Source of the DNA: Actinomycetes bacterium
Lineage (GTDB): Bacteria > Actinomycetota > Acidimicrobiia > Acidimicrobiales > JAJZXF01
Reading direction: 5' to 3'
NCBI GenBank assembly: GCA_021802485.1
Contig: JAJZXF010000001.1
Span: 46,872 to 110,871 of the forward strand
DNA length: 64,000 nt
Part shown: positions 9,911-19,121 of the stretch, piece after piece
Layout: each line of letters begins with the position of its first letter
Position numbering within the stretch: the stretch's first letter is position 1
Translations under genes and position numbers: made by a program
The notes under the pieces: model-generated
Told to the model about the DNA's origin: nothing
The model's database searches: none
The model's input: the letters and a program-made list of their open reading frames with translations, nothing else

Positions 9911-11575
9911 TCAGTGCGCAGCATGGATCGCACCATGGGGAAAGAGAACCTTCAGCGGGACGGGAAAGGTGATGGAACGAACCCCTCGTGGCGGTCGCCA
10001 GCTGAGGACCACGATGCCGTCACGATCCACAACCAGACGGGCATGCAGATCGTCGCGCAGGTATCGAACGGCAAAGGCCACCACATTGGGAGGAGCGCTG
10101 CCTATCCCCGGGGAAGCCTTCTCGTCCACCACGAACACCACTTGCCGGGCAGACACGGGTTCTTTAAGATCCATACGCAGGGCCGGAGACGATCCGATCG
10201 TCCTCAGCCCTAGAAATGGGTAGACCCACCTTCGCGCCGCGAAGCGCCCGATGATCATCGGCGTGATCACCACCTCTGCACTTGCCGGCACCTCGCTGCG
10301 TACGATCGCGAGCTCATTGCTCGTAGTCGCATTGATTTTAAGGAGGGACGCGAAAAGGTTCGGCGTCCATGCTGTCGCGATCACAAGCGTCTGCACCAGG
10401 GACGCTACAGCGAGGAGCCCAGCAAGAATCCGCACCCGCCGCGACCTTCGCCAGAGCCAGCACAGGACGAACACCCCTCCTACCGCTATGAACATCTCGG
10501 CCGGGAAGCTTTGAAACGAAATGTTGGGTTGCAGAAATCCCCCGGCATTGAGGACATTCGCGAGGAGCACGACAACAGCGACTCCGGCAGCCTCCGGTGA
10601 CATGATGCCAATAAACCCTGGGCCAGCGAGAACTCGGTAGAGATCAGTTGCGTGCTGGCCGATCATCCGCGCCGGGGCCGAGGGGTGGCGAAAGATTCCC
10701 ACGCCGATCGCGAGCAAGGCAGCTGCCCCACCGGGCAGGGTGTTAGAACCGGACAGGTAGCCGTACGCAGACGGCAGAGAAGATCCAAGGTTCGCGTGCA
10801 ATGCCGCCACGATCGCGAGCCACGATGCACCTATCACGACCAGTGCCGCGCCCTGCCGGCGCGCCGAGCGGCCGGCAAGAAGCCGGGATATCCCAAGACC
10901 CACTACATAGGTGGCCGCTACGTCCCCGCAGGCCAGCACACCAATAACCCAGACCCAGGCCCTGGGCCTCCCGCGCGTCCACATCTCGCGCGCTGCGAGC
11001 AACAGGAACAACGCAGCAAGCGCCTGAAGGTGAAAGTTGATGAGGCTTGCCCAATACACCCATGGGTTTGCCACGAGGGTGATCAGCAGCAAGAGAGCCA
11101 CCAGGATGCCGCCCCTCCTGCTCCCATGCCATCGTTCGCCAAGGATGTCAAGTCCCCACAGGTACGCAACCAGAACTGCGCCCGCGGCGCAGATGTCCTG
11201 AATTACCAGCAAGGTTATCGAGTGGTCATAGATGAGCCCGATCAGAGAAAGGGGCCACATCGCGAGTTCCAGGTGGTTCTGCAAGAACGGGGCACCGTAG
11301 TCAGTCGCCCCCCGCGCAAGCATGGTGTTGTACGGATTCAGGTGGCCATGCGCTATCTCGAAGAATGCTTGACGGTAGATGCCGGCATCGGTACTGAGCC
11401 CAGACACCAGATAAAGGCGCACACTCCAGGCGCAAAGGATTGCAAACAGCACCGCGGAGGCGGCTAGCCCAACCCTTCGCAGCAACGGCCACGGAAGCTC
11501 TGCGATCCCGGGTCCAGCCTCCACGCGATCCGGGCCGCTGTTCATGCGGGCGAGATCCGCCTCATGGTCGATCAT
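9911..11575 (-). CDS. Polytopic membrane protein, DUF2079-like (putative GT-C-type glycan-processing protein)
   Basis: 554-aa ORF with many hydrophobic segments. The stretch FLQNHLELAMWPLSLIGLIYDHSITLLVIQD resembles the conserved HF-x-P...LL..Q core I associate with DUF2079. A soluble C-terminal domain follows. Confidence 0.7.
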   Translation of the reverse strand: MIDHEADLARMNSGPDRVEAGPGIAELPWPLLRRVGLAASAVLFAILCAWSVRLYLVSGLSTDAGIYRQAFFEIAHGHLNPYNTMLARGATDYGAPFLQNHLELAMWPLSLIGLIYDHSITLLVIQDICAAGAVLVAYLWGLDILGERWHGSRRGGILVALLLLITLVANPWVYWASLINFHLQALAALFLLLAAREMWTRGRPRAWVWVIGVLACGDVAATYVVGLGISRLLAGRSARRQGAALVVIGASWLAIVAALHANLGSSLPSAYGYLSGSNTLPGGAAALLAIGVGIFRHPSAPARMIGQHATDLYRVLAGPGFIGIMSPEAAGVAVVVLLANVLNAGGFLQPNISFQSFPAEMFIAVGGVFVLCWLWRRSRRVRILAGLLAVASLVQTLVIATAWTPNLFASLLKINATTSNELAIVRSEVPASAEVVITPMIIGRFAARRWVYPFLGLRTIGSSPALRMDLKEPVSARQVVFVVDEKASPGIGSAPPNVVAFAVRYLRDDLHARLVVDRDGIVVLSWRPPRGVRSITFPVPLKVLFPHGAIHAAH

Positions 11576-11708
11576 TGAGAATCCGAGCCTAACTATCTCA
11601 TAAGCCGATCAGCTCAAGCATGTGCCAGATCATACGAGCGATGCGGGATCGATACGACTCCCAACAGATTGGCGCGAACTTTCCGCGCGCATATTCGGAA
11701 TTCGTCAC

Positions 11709-11851
11709 GCATGCATGAGCGCCGACATCTCCGAGAGCCCACGCGAATACAACAGCCCTGACGCGATCTGCAAATATAACGGGGATGCCTTCCGAAGCGC
11801 TCCCGCGACGCACCCGACGGACCGTAGCCCCCAGCATGGCTCGGACGCTAA
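11709..11851 (+). repeat. Copy A, part 1 of a segmental duplication (upstream region/5' end of the AftD-like gene)
   Basis: 143 bp matching 17823-17965 with 4 mismatches by my alignment (caaatataac vs caactatagc, accgtagc vs accgcagc, ctcggacg vs ctcgcacg). The IS insertion interrupts it at 11851/11852. Confidence 0.9.
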
Positions 11852-13991
11852 CGCCGATTTCCACGCAACCAGTTCGGCACAACATTCGGCCCCCATGGCT
11901 ACCTGGGCTCAGCGCAGCTCGAAGCGCAGGACCCTGCCTCCCCACCAGGGCACCTTGGTCTCGGCAGGGAGGCTGGCCTGGCGTAGCACCGGCGTGTAGG
12001 CGCGCCGCTCCAAGCGGACGGTGACGGCATCGGCGGTGGTGATGATCTGGCCGGGGGTTTCCAAGAAGCGGCGCTGGATGGTGTCGGGGGTCGCGTGCAG
12101 GTAGCCCGGCAGACGAACGCGCAGCGCGGCGATGAGCGCTTGAGCCAACACGGCGAGCATCACGTCCAGATCGACGTTCAAGTTGACGGTGCTCGAGAGC
12201 GCGTCGGTGCAGAAGGCGCGGATGATCTCTGCGAGGCGCTGCTCGATGGTCATCCGCCGGGCGTAGTGCTCGACGAGAACCTTGATGGACGCAGCGCACT
12301 CGTTGGTGATGATGACGCTGGGGGCGTCATGCCCGAGGCCCGTGACGACCAGCTGGCGGAGCGTTCCGGGGTAGGTGGTGAGGGACACCGCGGGGTCCTC
12401 GTGCACTCGAGGGCTGTTGTAGGGGCCGGGGCGGTCGAGGGCAATGGTCTTGAAGTCAGCGGGAACGAGGCTCTTGATGTGCCTGATCAAGCCAGGTGAG
12501 CGCATCCGCAAGGTAAGGAAGCGCACCCCCCTGGCGTCCAGTTCGCCGAGGACCTGTTGCGTCGTGACCTTTTGATCCATCACCACCATGTGCGGGTCGG
12601 CCCCCGACACCTCCCTCCAGTGGTCACAGAAGGCGAGCACCTCCCTCGCCTGGGTCGCCTTGGAGAGGTCCGCATTGGCGTAGACGAGGTTGTGGGTGCC
12701 CGAGTCCTGGGCGAAGAAGGTGAGCACCGATCTGGCCCGCTGAGATCGCTTGGGCACGTAGTGGCGCTCCAACACCGGGTCGGCTCCCCAGTGCATGACC
12801 GCATGGAAGTCCAGGTCGAAGATCGCCTCCTCACTGGTGGCGAGGCCCGAGGCGATCATCTTCTTGTCCAGTGCGGAGAGAAAGGCGCGCTGATGGTCAT
12901 GGGAGGTCCGGTAGGAGTAGTCGGTGAGCGCGGACTTCTTCGGCAGGGTCGCCATGCCGGCCAGCAACCCGGCGGTTGGGTCTGATAACAGGTCATCGAC
13001 ATGGGAGACCCGCCGGGTGCGGGTCAGCTTGAGCGACAGCAGCGACAACATCCAGGAGGTGGCTGGGATCACCCTGGTGCCCGGGTAGCTACCGGCAGCG
13101 ATCAGGCCGGGCAGGTCCATAGCCACCAGGTCCGGGACCACGAGCAACAGCCCCGCCCGAACGGTGTCGATGCGATGTGGCCAGGTGTCGAAGTCGATCA
13201 CCTTTGCCCGGGGGAGCCTGGTGTCACGCCCAAAGGTAGTCGGTGAGATGCTCGAGACTGGCTCAGGGTGGCGAAGCAGGCGACCAAAGCCCTCCTCGGC
13301 GAGGATCTCCCCGACCGAAGTCCGATTCAGTGGGCTCCCCTCCTGGCCCAGACGGGCGGAGATCTCGTAGGTGGACAGACCCTCCCGGCGCAGTTCGATC
13401 ACCCGGCCCCTCGCCGCGTCCTTCTTTGGGGCGCTGCCCGGCGCCGGCCCGGGCCGCCCCGGCGGGGCGAACAGTGCGAGCTTGCCGGCACGCAACTGCC
13501 GGGCCAGGTCAACCATCGCCCAACGGGTGTAGCCGAAGCGCTCCCCCGCCTCGGCCCAGGAGAGCCCGTCCAGGTAATGGGCGCGCAGGGCCTCGTAGCG
13601 GCGCTGGTTGAGCTGGCTCGGAGACCTGAAGAACTCCGCCCCCTGCTGTTGGGGGGATCTACCTGGCATCCCAGCCCCTTCGATGAAGAACCCTGGCCCG
13701 GCCCCGCGTCGCCGCCTGGAACCGCCCTGCACCTTTTCCCTTGCCCCAAGCCCGATCTTGGTGGACGACCGGTCCGCCTGCCAGCGACTGCCCCTGCCCG
13801 CTGCGCCTGTGCACGAATCCCATAGCTGTAGGCTAGCAGGAGGATACCCACAATGCCATGATTGACTCACTCATACTGCCCAGCGCGAACTTTCCAGCCA
13901 GTACGCGGGCATTCTCGCGTCTTCCCCGCGCTTGAACCCCCAACTGCGAGCTGGGTTTCTTGTGGTCAACTCCCTGTTGTGGAAATCGGCG
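11852..13991 (-). mobile_element. Insertion sequence, 2140 bp, single DDE transposase (IS4/IS1634-like superfamily; family not assigned)
   Basis: Terminal inverted repeats CGCCGATTTCCAC (11852-11864) and its exact reverse complement (13979-13991). Flanking 4-bp direct repeat CTAA at 11848-11851 and 13992-13995. The uninterrupted paralogous site at 17962-17965 has a single CTAA. Confidence 0.9.
11909..13669 (-). CDS. DDE transposase of the IS
   Basis: The ORF track gives 11909-13870. The likely start is ATG 13669 (MPGRSPQQ...), preceded by GAAGGGG. N-terminal HTH-like segments are present (GYTRWAMVDLARQL, LSTYEISARLG). The C-terminal YARRMTIE fits the Y-x2-R-x3-E signature of IS4-superfamily transposases. 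Confidence 0.85.
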   Translation of the reverse strand: MPGRSPQQQGAEFFRSPSQLNQRRYEALRAHYLDGLSWAEAGERFGYTRWAMVDLARQLRAGKLALFAPPGRPGPAPGSAPKKDAARGRVIELRREGLSTYEISARLGQEGSPLNRTSVGEILAEEGFGRLLRHPEPVSSISPTTFGRDTRLPRAKVIDFDTWPHRIDTVRAGLLLVVPDLVAMDLPGLIAAGSYPGTRVIPATSWMLSLLSLKLTRTRRVSHVDDLLSDPTAGLLAGMATLPKKSALTDYSYRTSHDHQRAFLSALDKKMIASGLATSEEAIFDLDFHAVMHWGADPVLERHYVPKRSQRARSVLTFFAQDSGTHNLVYANADLSKATQAREVLAFCDHWREVSGADPHMVVMDQKVTTQQVLGELDARGVRFLTLRMRSPGLIRHIKSLVPADFKTIALDRPGPYNSPRVHEDPAVSLTTYPGTLRQLVVTGLGHDAPSVIITNECAASIKVLVEHYARRMTIEQRLAEIIRAFCTDALSSTVNLNVDLDVMLAVLAQALIAALRVRLPGYLHATPDTIQRRFLETPGQIITTADAVTVRLERRAYTPVLRQASLPAETKVPWWGGRVLRFELR

Positions 13992-15151
13992 CTAAGGCAA
14001 GTGGGCCGCTCTCTCATGCGAAACACCCGGTTGAACCTGTCCTTGGCGGTCCATCTCGGGCTAGCCGCGATTGCCTACGTGCCTATGCTGCTGGCAAAAC
14101 CCGGCCTGGTAGCAGCCGACACGAAGCAGTACCTCTACCTCGATCCTGGCCGCATGCTTCACGCGGCCGCCTATATGTGGAACCCGAATTCGAACCTCGG
14201 GACGATCACCCATGAGAACATCGGATACCTGCTTCCCATGGGGCCGTTTTTCTGGATCACAGCTCACCTCGGCATAGCAACCTGGGTCGCTCAGAGGCTC
14301 TGGGTTGGGACAATCCTGTTCGCAGCCGCGGCTGGCGTGCTTTTCTTGTGCCGAACGCTTGCAGTGCCTGGTCCAGGGCAACCGATCTCAGCGATCGCGT
14401 ACATGTTGAGCCCTTACTTCCTCCAGTACGTGGGAAGGATGTCGGTCATCCTTCTCCCGTGGGCAGCCCTTCCCTGGCTCGTAGCGCTGGCAGCGCGCTC
14501 CCTACGCCAGCGTAGCTGGCGCTATCCCGCGCTTTTCGCTCTGGTTGTTGCACTGGTCAGCGGGGTGAACGCAACGGCAATCCTCTACGCTGGCCTCGCT
14601 CCGGTCGCCTGGATCGCGTACGCGACCTGGGTTCGTCGCGAAGTCCCCGCAAAGCGAGCAGGAATCGTCGTAGCGCAGATCGGGCTGCTTACAACCTTGG
14701 CCTCTCTGTGGTGGGCAGCTGGTCTACGGATCGAAGCTGCGTACGGGATCAATGTGCTCAAGTACACCGAAACGCTTCCCGCGGTTGCAAGCACCTCCCT
14801 CGCCTCGGAGTCACTTCGAGGACTCGGCTACTGGTACTTCTACGGCGGCGGGCGACTCGGCCCCTGGCTCGGAGCATCGGTCCAGTACACCCAGCAGGTC
14901 TGGCTTGTCGCAGCGAGTTTTGCGGTTCCCGCTCTTGCAATATTGGCCGCGATCATCACGCGATGGCGTCACCGCTCCTACTTCGTGCTGATTGGGTTGA
15001 CCGGCCTCGCTCTCAGCGTCGGCACGTACCCGTTCAAGCACCCATCGATCCTCGGCGGTGCGCTCAAAGCATTCATGACCAACACCACAGCAGGGCTCGC
15101 TCTGAGGTCCACTGACAGAGCGACGCCATTGCTCCTGCTCTCCACGTCGAT
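13992..15151 (+). pseudogene. Truncated duplicate (copy A, part 2) of the 5' ~385 codons of the AftD-like GT-C gene
   Basis: 1160 bp that appear identical to 17962-19121 (constant offset 3970). All ORF-track translations in several frames are identical and my line-by-line checks agree. The reading frame stops at 15153-15155, right after the junction with GT2-derived sequence. Confidence 0.85.
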
Positions 15152-15639
15152 GTGATGCTGCATCCAGATGGCCAGTACGACCCGGAGGTCATACCTCACC
15201 TCGTCGAGTCCATCAAGGCGGGCCGGGCCGAGATGGTGCTCGGCAGCACGATGCTGGTGCCGGGGACCGCACGCCAAGGAGGAATGCCGTTGTACCGGTT
15301 CGTGTCCAACTGGCCGTCCTCACGATGATCGAGAACCTCATTATGAGAACGCGCTTCTCCGAACTGCACACCGGCTACCGGGCCTACTCCACGAACTTCC
15401 TGCGTACCGTACCATTCATGCGTAACAACGATAGATTCGTAGTCGACACGCAAATCATCGCCCAGGCGATGGCCTTCGAGCAACGGGTAGTGGAGGTTCC
15501 TATCCAGACCCGCTACGCCGCCGACTCCTCATCCACCAGCATGGCAGCCAATGTGCACTATGGAGTTGGCACTCTGTGGACCATGGTGCGGCTCTTCTTG
15601 CACCGTCACGGCCTGCCATGCTGGCTATTCAAGCCATGA
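15152..15639 (+). pseudogene. Family-2 glycosyltransferase (Dpm1/PpgS-like) remnant, 5'-truncated and frameshifted
   Basis: From the junction it reads (D)VMLHPDGQYDPEVIPHLVESIKAGRAEMVLGS...GGMPLYRFVSN, then a stop at 15326-15328. The +1 frame continues LAVLTMIENLIMRTRFSELHTGYRAYS...FVVDTQIIAQA...VEVPIQTRY, the typical GT2 C-terminal half. The N-terminal ~90 aa with the DxD region is missing. Confidence 0.8.
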
Positions 15640-15790
15640 GCCGTAGTGGAGCGAGGCCAGGACAAGAGCCCGTGTTGTTACTATCTGCGTAACTTGAAGT
15701 CACGATAAGGAATCAAGAGTGGCCAATGGCAAAGTGACCGATGCAAGAGGTGCCAGCTCGATTGGTTGGAGAGCGGGAACAAGCTCGAGC

Positions 15791-17731
15791 ATGACCGAGC
15801 AAGGCCAGGGCGCACCTCCCCGGATCAATAGGTTCAGACACCGCCTGAAGGTCGGGCTCTTGGTCTTCTTCTCCTATCAGGCCATCAGCGTCCTCATGTG
15901 GCAGAATGTTTGGTTTGCCCACCCGTCTTCGGTGATGACCTGCACATGTGTTGATGCAGCTCATTCGCTGTGGTTTCTAGCATGGGTTCCGTACGCGATC
16001 ACCCATGGGCACAGCCCATTCTTCTCAACGTGGATGTACGCCCCAAAGGGCGTGAACTTGTTGGCGAACACATCGACGCCGCTTCTTGGTTTGCTGCTCG
16101 CGCCTGTAACATGGCTGTTCGGTCCTGTCACCGCGTTGAACCTTGCGCTGGTCGTGGCTCCAGCAGCATCTGCAGGGGGGGGCTACTTCGCCGCGCGGCA
16201 CTGGACCGCATCAGTGCCTGCGTCTTTCATTGCCGGTCTGATCTTCGGCTTCTCGCCGTTCGTGCTCTCAAGCCTTTCGTTCGTCGAGCTGAACCTGGCC
16301 ACCCTGGCACTGCTTCCTCTGATGCTCGTGGTGGCAGACGAGATTCTCGTACGCCAGAGGGGCAACCCGTTGTTGTGGGGCACGCTCCTCGGTGTCCTCG
16401 CGACGGCGCAGTTCTTCATCTCGTCGGAGTTCTTGGCCATATTCGCCGTCCTGGCGGTTCTCGGAACAGCACTGCTCGTCATATTGAACCCCCGGAGAAC
16501 GCGAGAGAGCTTGCCTTATGCCGCAAAGGCTGTCGGTGTTGCCACTGTGGTTGGCGGAGTTCTTCTTTCCTGGCCAGTGTGTTTCGAGCTGGCAGGTCCA
16601 CAGCATTTCTCGGGACCACCGTGGCCTTCCATCTGGCTATACGGCGCCATTCCGGGGCAGTTGGTGCTCCCAAACGCGGTGCGGGTGCGTAGCCAGTTCG
16701 GACATCCGTTCCCTCCTGGCCCTTATCTCGGGCCTGCGGTCGTTGCCGCATGCGCTGTCGCTCTAGTCGTTTGCTGGAGAGATCGCACCGTCCGATTCTT
16801 TGCCATCATGTTCGCACTCGCTGTTTCATTCTCCCTCGGTGGCATGCTGCACACCTCCCCTGGACTGGGTGGACTCCATCCTGGAGTCTGGCTGCCATGG
16901 CAGGTATTTGAGCACCTACCGGTCATCGGGTCAATCTCACCGCTGCACTTCAGTGCGGTTGTGCCCCTCTTCGCATCCATCGTCATAGCGAAAGGACTGG
17001 AACAGATGGGGACGCTCGCTTCCAATGCCTTTCGGATACGACCGAAGGCGACCTTGCTTCACAACGTAGCGGTGGCGAGGGTTCTCGAGTTGACGACAAT
17101 CACCATCTTGGCCCTGGCGACGCTCCTCCCGTACGCGGGCGTCTTCCCACTGCCGTACGCCGTGCAGGATACGAGAGTTCCTCGATGGTTCACTACAAGT
17201 GGTTTGAAGACTCGTTCTGGCGAGACCGTGCTGGTCATTCCATACCCGACGCCGGCCACGGCTGAACCTCTAGTCTGGCAGGCAGCCGCTGGGATGCATT
17301 TCAAGATCGTGGGTGGATGGGCTCTCCTGCCGGGAAGCAATGGACGCGCTGACCCCGGGCTGGAATCAGGACCAGCGCAGAGCGCATTGCGCGGCCTCAG
17401 CCTGCCAGGGCAGAAGACGCCCTTGGCTTCTCCGGGTTTAGTATCCACCGTCACAAGGGCGATCTCGCGGTGGGGTGTCTCCACGGTGGTCGTCACCGAC
17501 AGGGGGGAATCGCCCTTGTACGCGCTTGGGTTCTTCACGGCTGCTCTCGGACGCGCACCTGTTCTTCAAGGGCGCTTGTGGGTCTGGTATCACGTTCGCA
17601 ACCACCCGGCTCCTTACGGAGCGTCCGCCCGCACAGTTCTTGACTGTGCAAATGAGGGGGCTTCGCATGCGAACGATCCCATGTACGTACCGCACTGCGT
17701 ATCATCGCGGTCGCTATCAACCCATCCCTGA
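15791..17731 (+). CDS. Polytopic membrane protein with C-terminal extracytoplasmic domain (putative GT-C-like glycosyltransferase; family uncertain)
   Basis: The ORF track gives 15719-17731; ATG 15791 (MTEQGQG...) is the likelier start. It has more than 10 hydrophobic segments, then a soluble ~200-aa tail. It lies between the GT2 remnant and the AftD-like gene. Confidence 0.65.
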   Translation: MTEQGQGAPPRINRFRHRLKVGLLVFFSYQAISVLMWQNVWFAHPSSVMTCTCVDAAHSLWFLAWVPYAITHGHSPFFSTWMYAPKGVNLLANTSTPLLGLLLAPVTWLFGPVTALNLALVVAPAASAGGGYFAARHWTASVPASFIAGLIFGFSPFVLSSLSFVELNLATLALLPLMLVVADEILVRQRGNPLLWGTLLGVLATAQFFISSEFLAIFAVLAVLGTALLVILNPRRTRESLPYAAKAVGVATVVGGVLLSWPVCFELAGPQHFSGPPWPSIWLYGAIPGQLVLPNAVRVRSQFGHPFPPGPYLGPAVVAACAVALVVCWRDRTVRFFAIMFALAVSFSLGGMLHTSPGLGGLHPGVWLPWQVFEHLPVIGSISPLHFSAVVPLFASIVIAKGLEQMGTLASNAFRIRPKATLLHNVAVARVLELTTITILALATLLPYAGVFPLPYAVQDTRVPRWFTTSGLKTRSGETVLVIPYPTPATAEPLVWQAAAGMHFKIVGGWALLPGSNGRADPGLESGPAQSALRGLSLPGQKTPLASPGLVSTVTRAISRWGVSTVVVTDRGESPLYALGFFTAALGRAPVLQGRLWVWYHVRNHPAPYGASARTVLDCANEGASHANDPMYVPHCVSSRSLSTHP

Positions 17732-17822
17732 CATCGCCGTCGAGGCGACCTGCCGGGAAAGCGGGGCGGCACCTCGACATAGCATTGGTGCGAAGCCGTC
17801 GCCGCGCGACTCGAAAAGGTCA

Positions 17823-19121
17823 GCATGCATGAGCGCCGACATCTCCGAGAGCCCACGCGAATACAACAGCCCTGACGCGATCTGCAACTATAGCGGGGAT
17901 GCCTTCCGAAGCGCTCCCGCGACGCACCCGACGGACCGCAGCCCCCAGCATGGCTCGCACGCTAAGGCAAGTGGGCCGCTCTCTCATGCGAAACACCCGG
18001 TTGAACCTGTCCTTGGCGGTCCATCTCGGGCTAGCCGCGATTGCCTACGTGCCTATGCTGCTGGCAAAACCCGGCCTGGTAGCAGCCGACACGAAGCAGT
18101 ACCTCTACCTCGATCCTGGCCGCATGCTTCACGCGGCCGCCTATATGTGGAACCCGAATTCGAACCTCGGGACGATCACCCATGAGAACATCGGATACCT
18201 GCTTCCCATGGGGCCGTTTTTCTGGATCACAGCTCACCTCGGCATAGCAACCTGGGTCGCTCAGAGGCTCTGGGTTGGGACAATCCTGTTCGCAGCCGCG
18301 GCTGGCGTGCTTTTCTTGTGCCGAACGCTTGCAGTGCCTGGTCCAGGGCAACCGATCTCAGCGATCGCGTACATGTTGAGCCCTTACTTCCTCCAGTACG
18401 TGGGAAGGATGTCGGTCATCCTTCTCCCGTGGGCAGCCCTTCCCTGGCTCGTAGCGCTGGCAGCGCGCTCCCTACGCCAGCGTAGCTGGCGCTATCCCGC
18501 GCTTTTCGCTCTGGTTGTTGCACTGGTCAGCGGGGTGAACGCAACGGCAATCCTCTACGCTGGCCTCGCTCCGGTCGCCTGGATCGCGTACGCGACCTGG
18601 GTTCGTCGCGAAGTCCCCGCAAAGCGAGCAGGAATCGTCGTAGCGCAGATCGGGCTGCTTACAACCTTGGCCTCTCTGTGGTGGGCAGCTGGTCTACGGA
18701 TCGAAGCTGCGTACGGGATCAATGTGCTCAAGTACACCGAAACGCTTCCCGCGGTTGCAAGCACCTCCCTCGCCTCGGAGTCACTTCGAGGACTCGGCTA
18801 CTGGTACTTCTACGGCGGCGGGCGACTCGGCCCCTGGCTCGGAGCATCGGTCCAGTACACCCAGCAGGTCTGGCTTGTCGCAGCGAGTTTTGCGGTTCCC
18901 GCTCTTGCAATATTGGCCGCGATCATCACGCGATGGCGTCACCGCTCCTACTTCGTGCTGATTGGGTTGACCGGCCTCGCTCTCAGCGTCGGCACGTACC
19001 CGTTCAAGCACCCATCGATCCTCGGCGGTGCGCTCAAAGCATTCATGACCAACACCACAGCAGGGCTCGCTCTGAGGTCCACTGACAGAGCGACGCCATT
19101 GCTCCTGCTCTCCACGTCGAT
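17823..19121 (+). repeat. Copy B (intact, in-gene) of the 1.3-kb segmental duplication
   Basis: Matches 11709-11851 plus 13992-15151. It contains the unoccupied IS target CTAA at 17962-17965. Confidence 0.9.

Noticed and set aside
11598-12299. 233-aa minus-strand ORF spanning the IS left end
   Set aside because: It overlaps the transposase gene in another frame, crosses the IS boundary at 11851/11852 and has an Arg/His/Pro-rich sequence.
17475-18185. 236-aa plus-strand ORF bridging the end of the membrane-protein gene and the start of the AftD-like gene
   Set aside because: It is off-frame relative to both supported genes and its C-terminal part duplicates ORF 13862-14215 only because of the DNA repeat.
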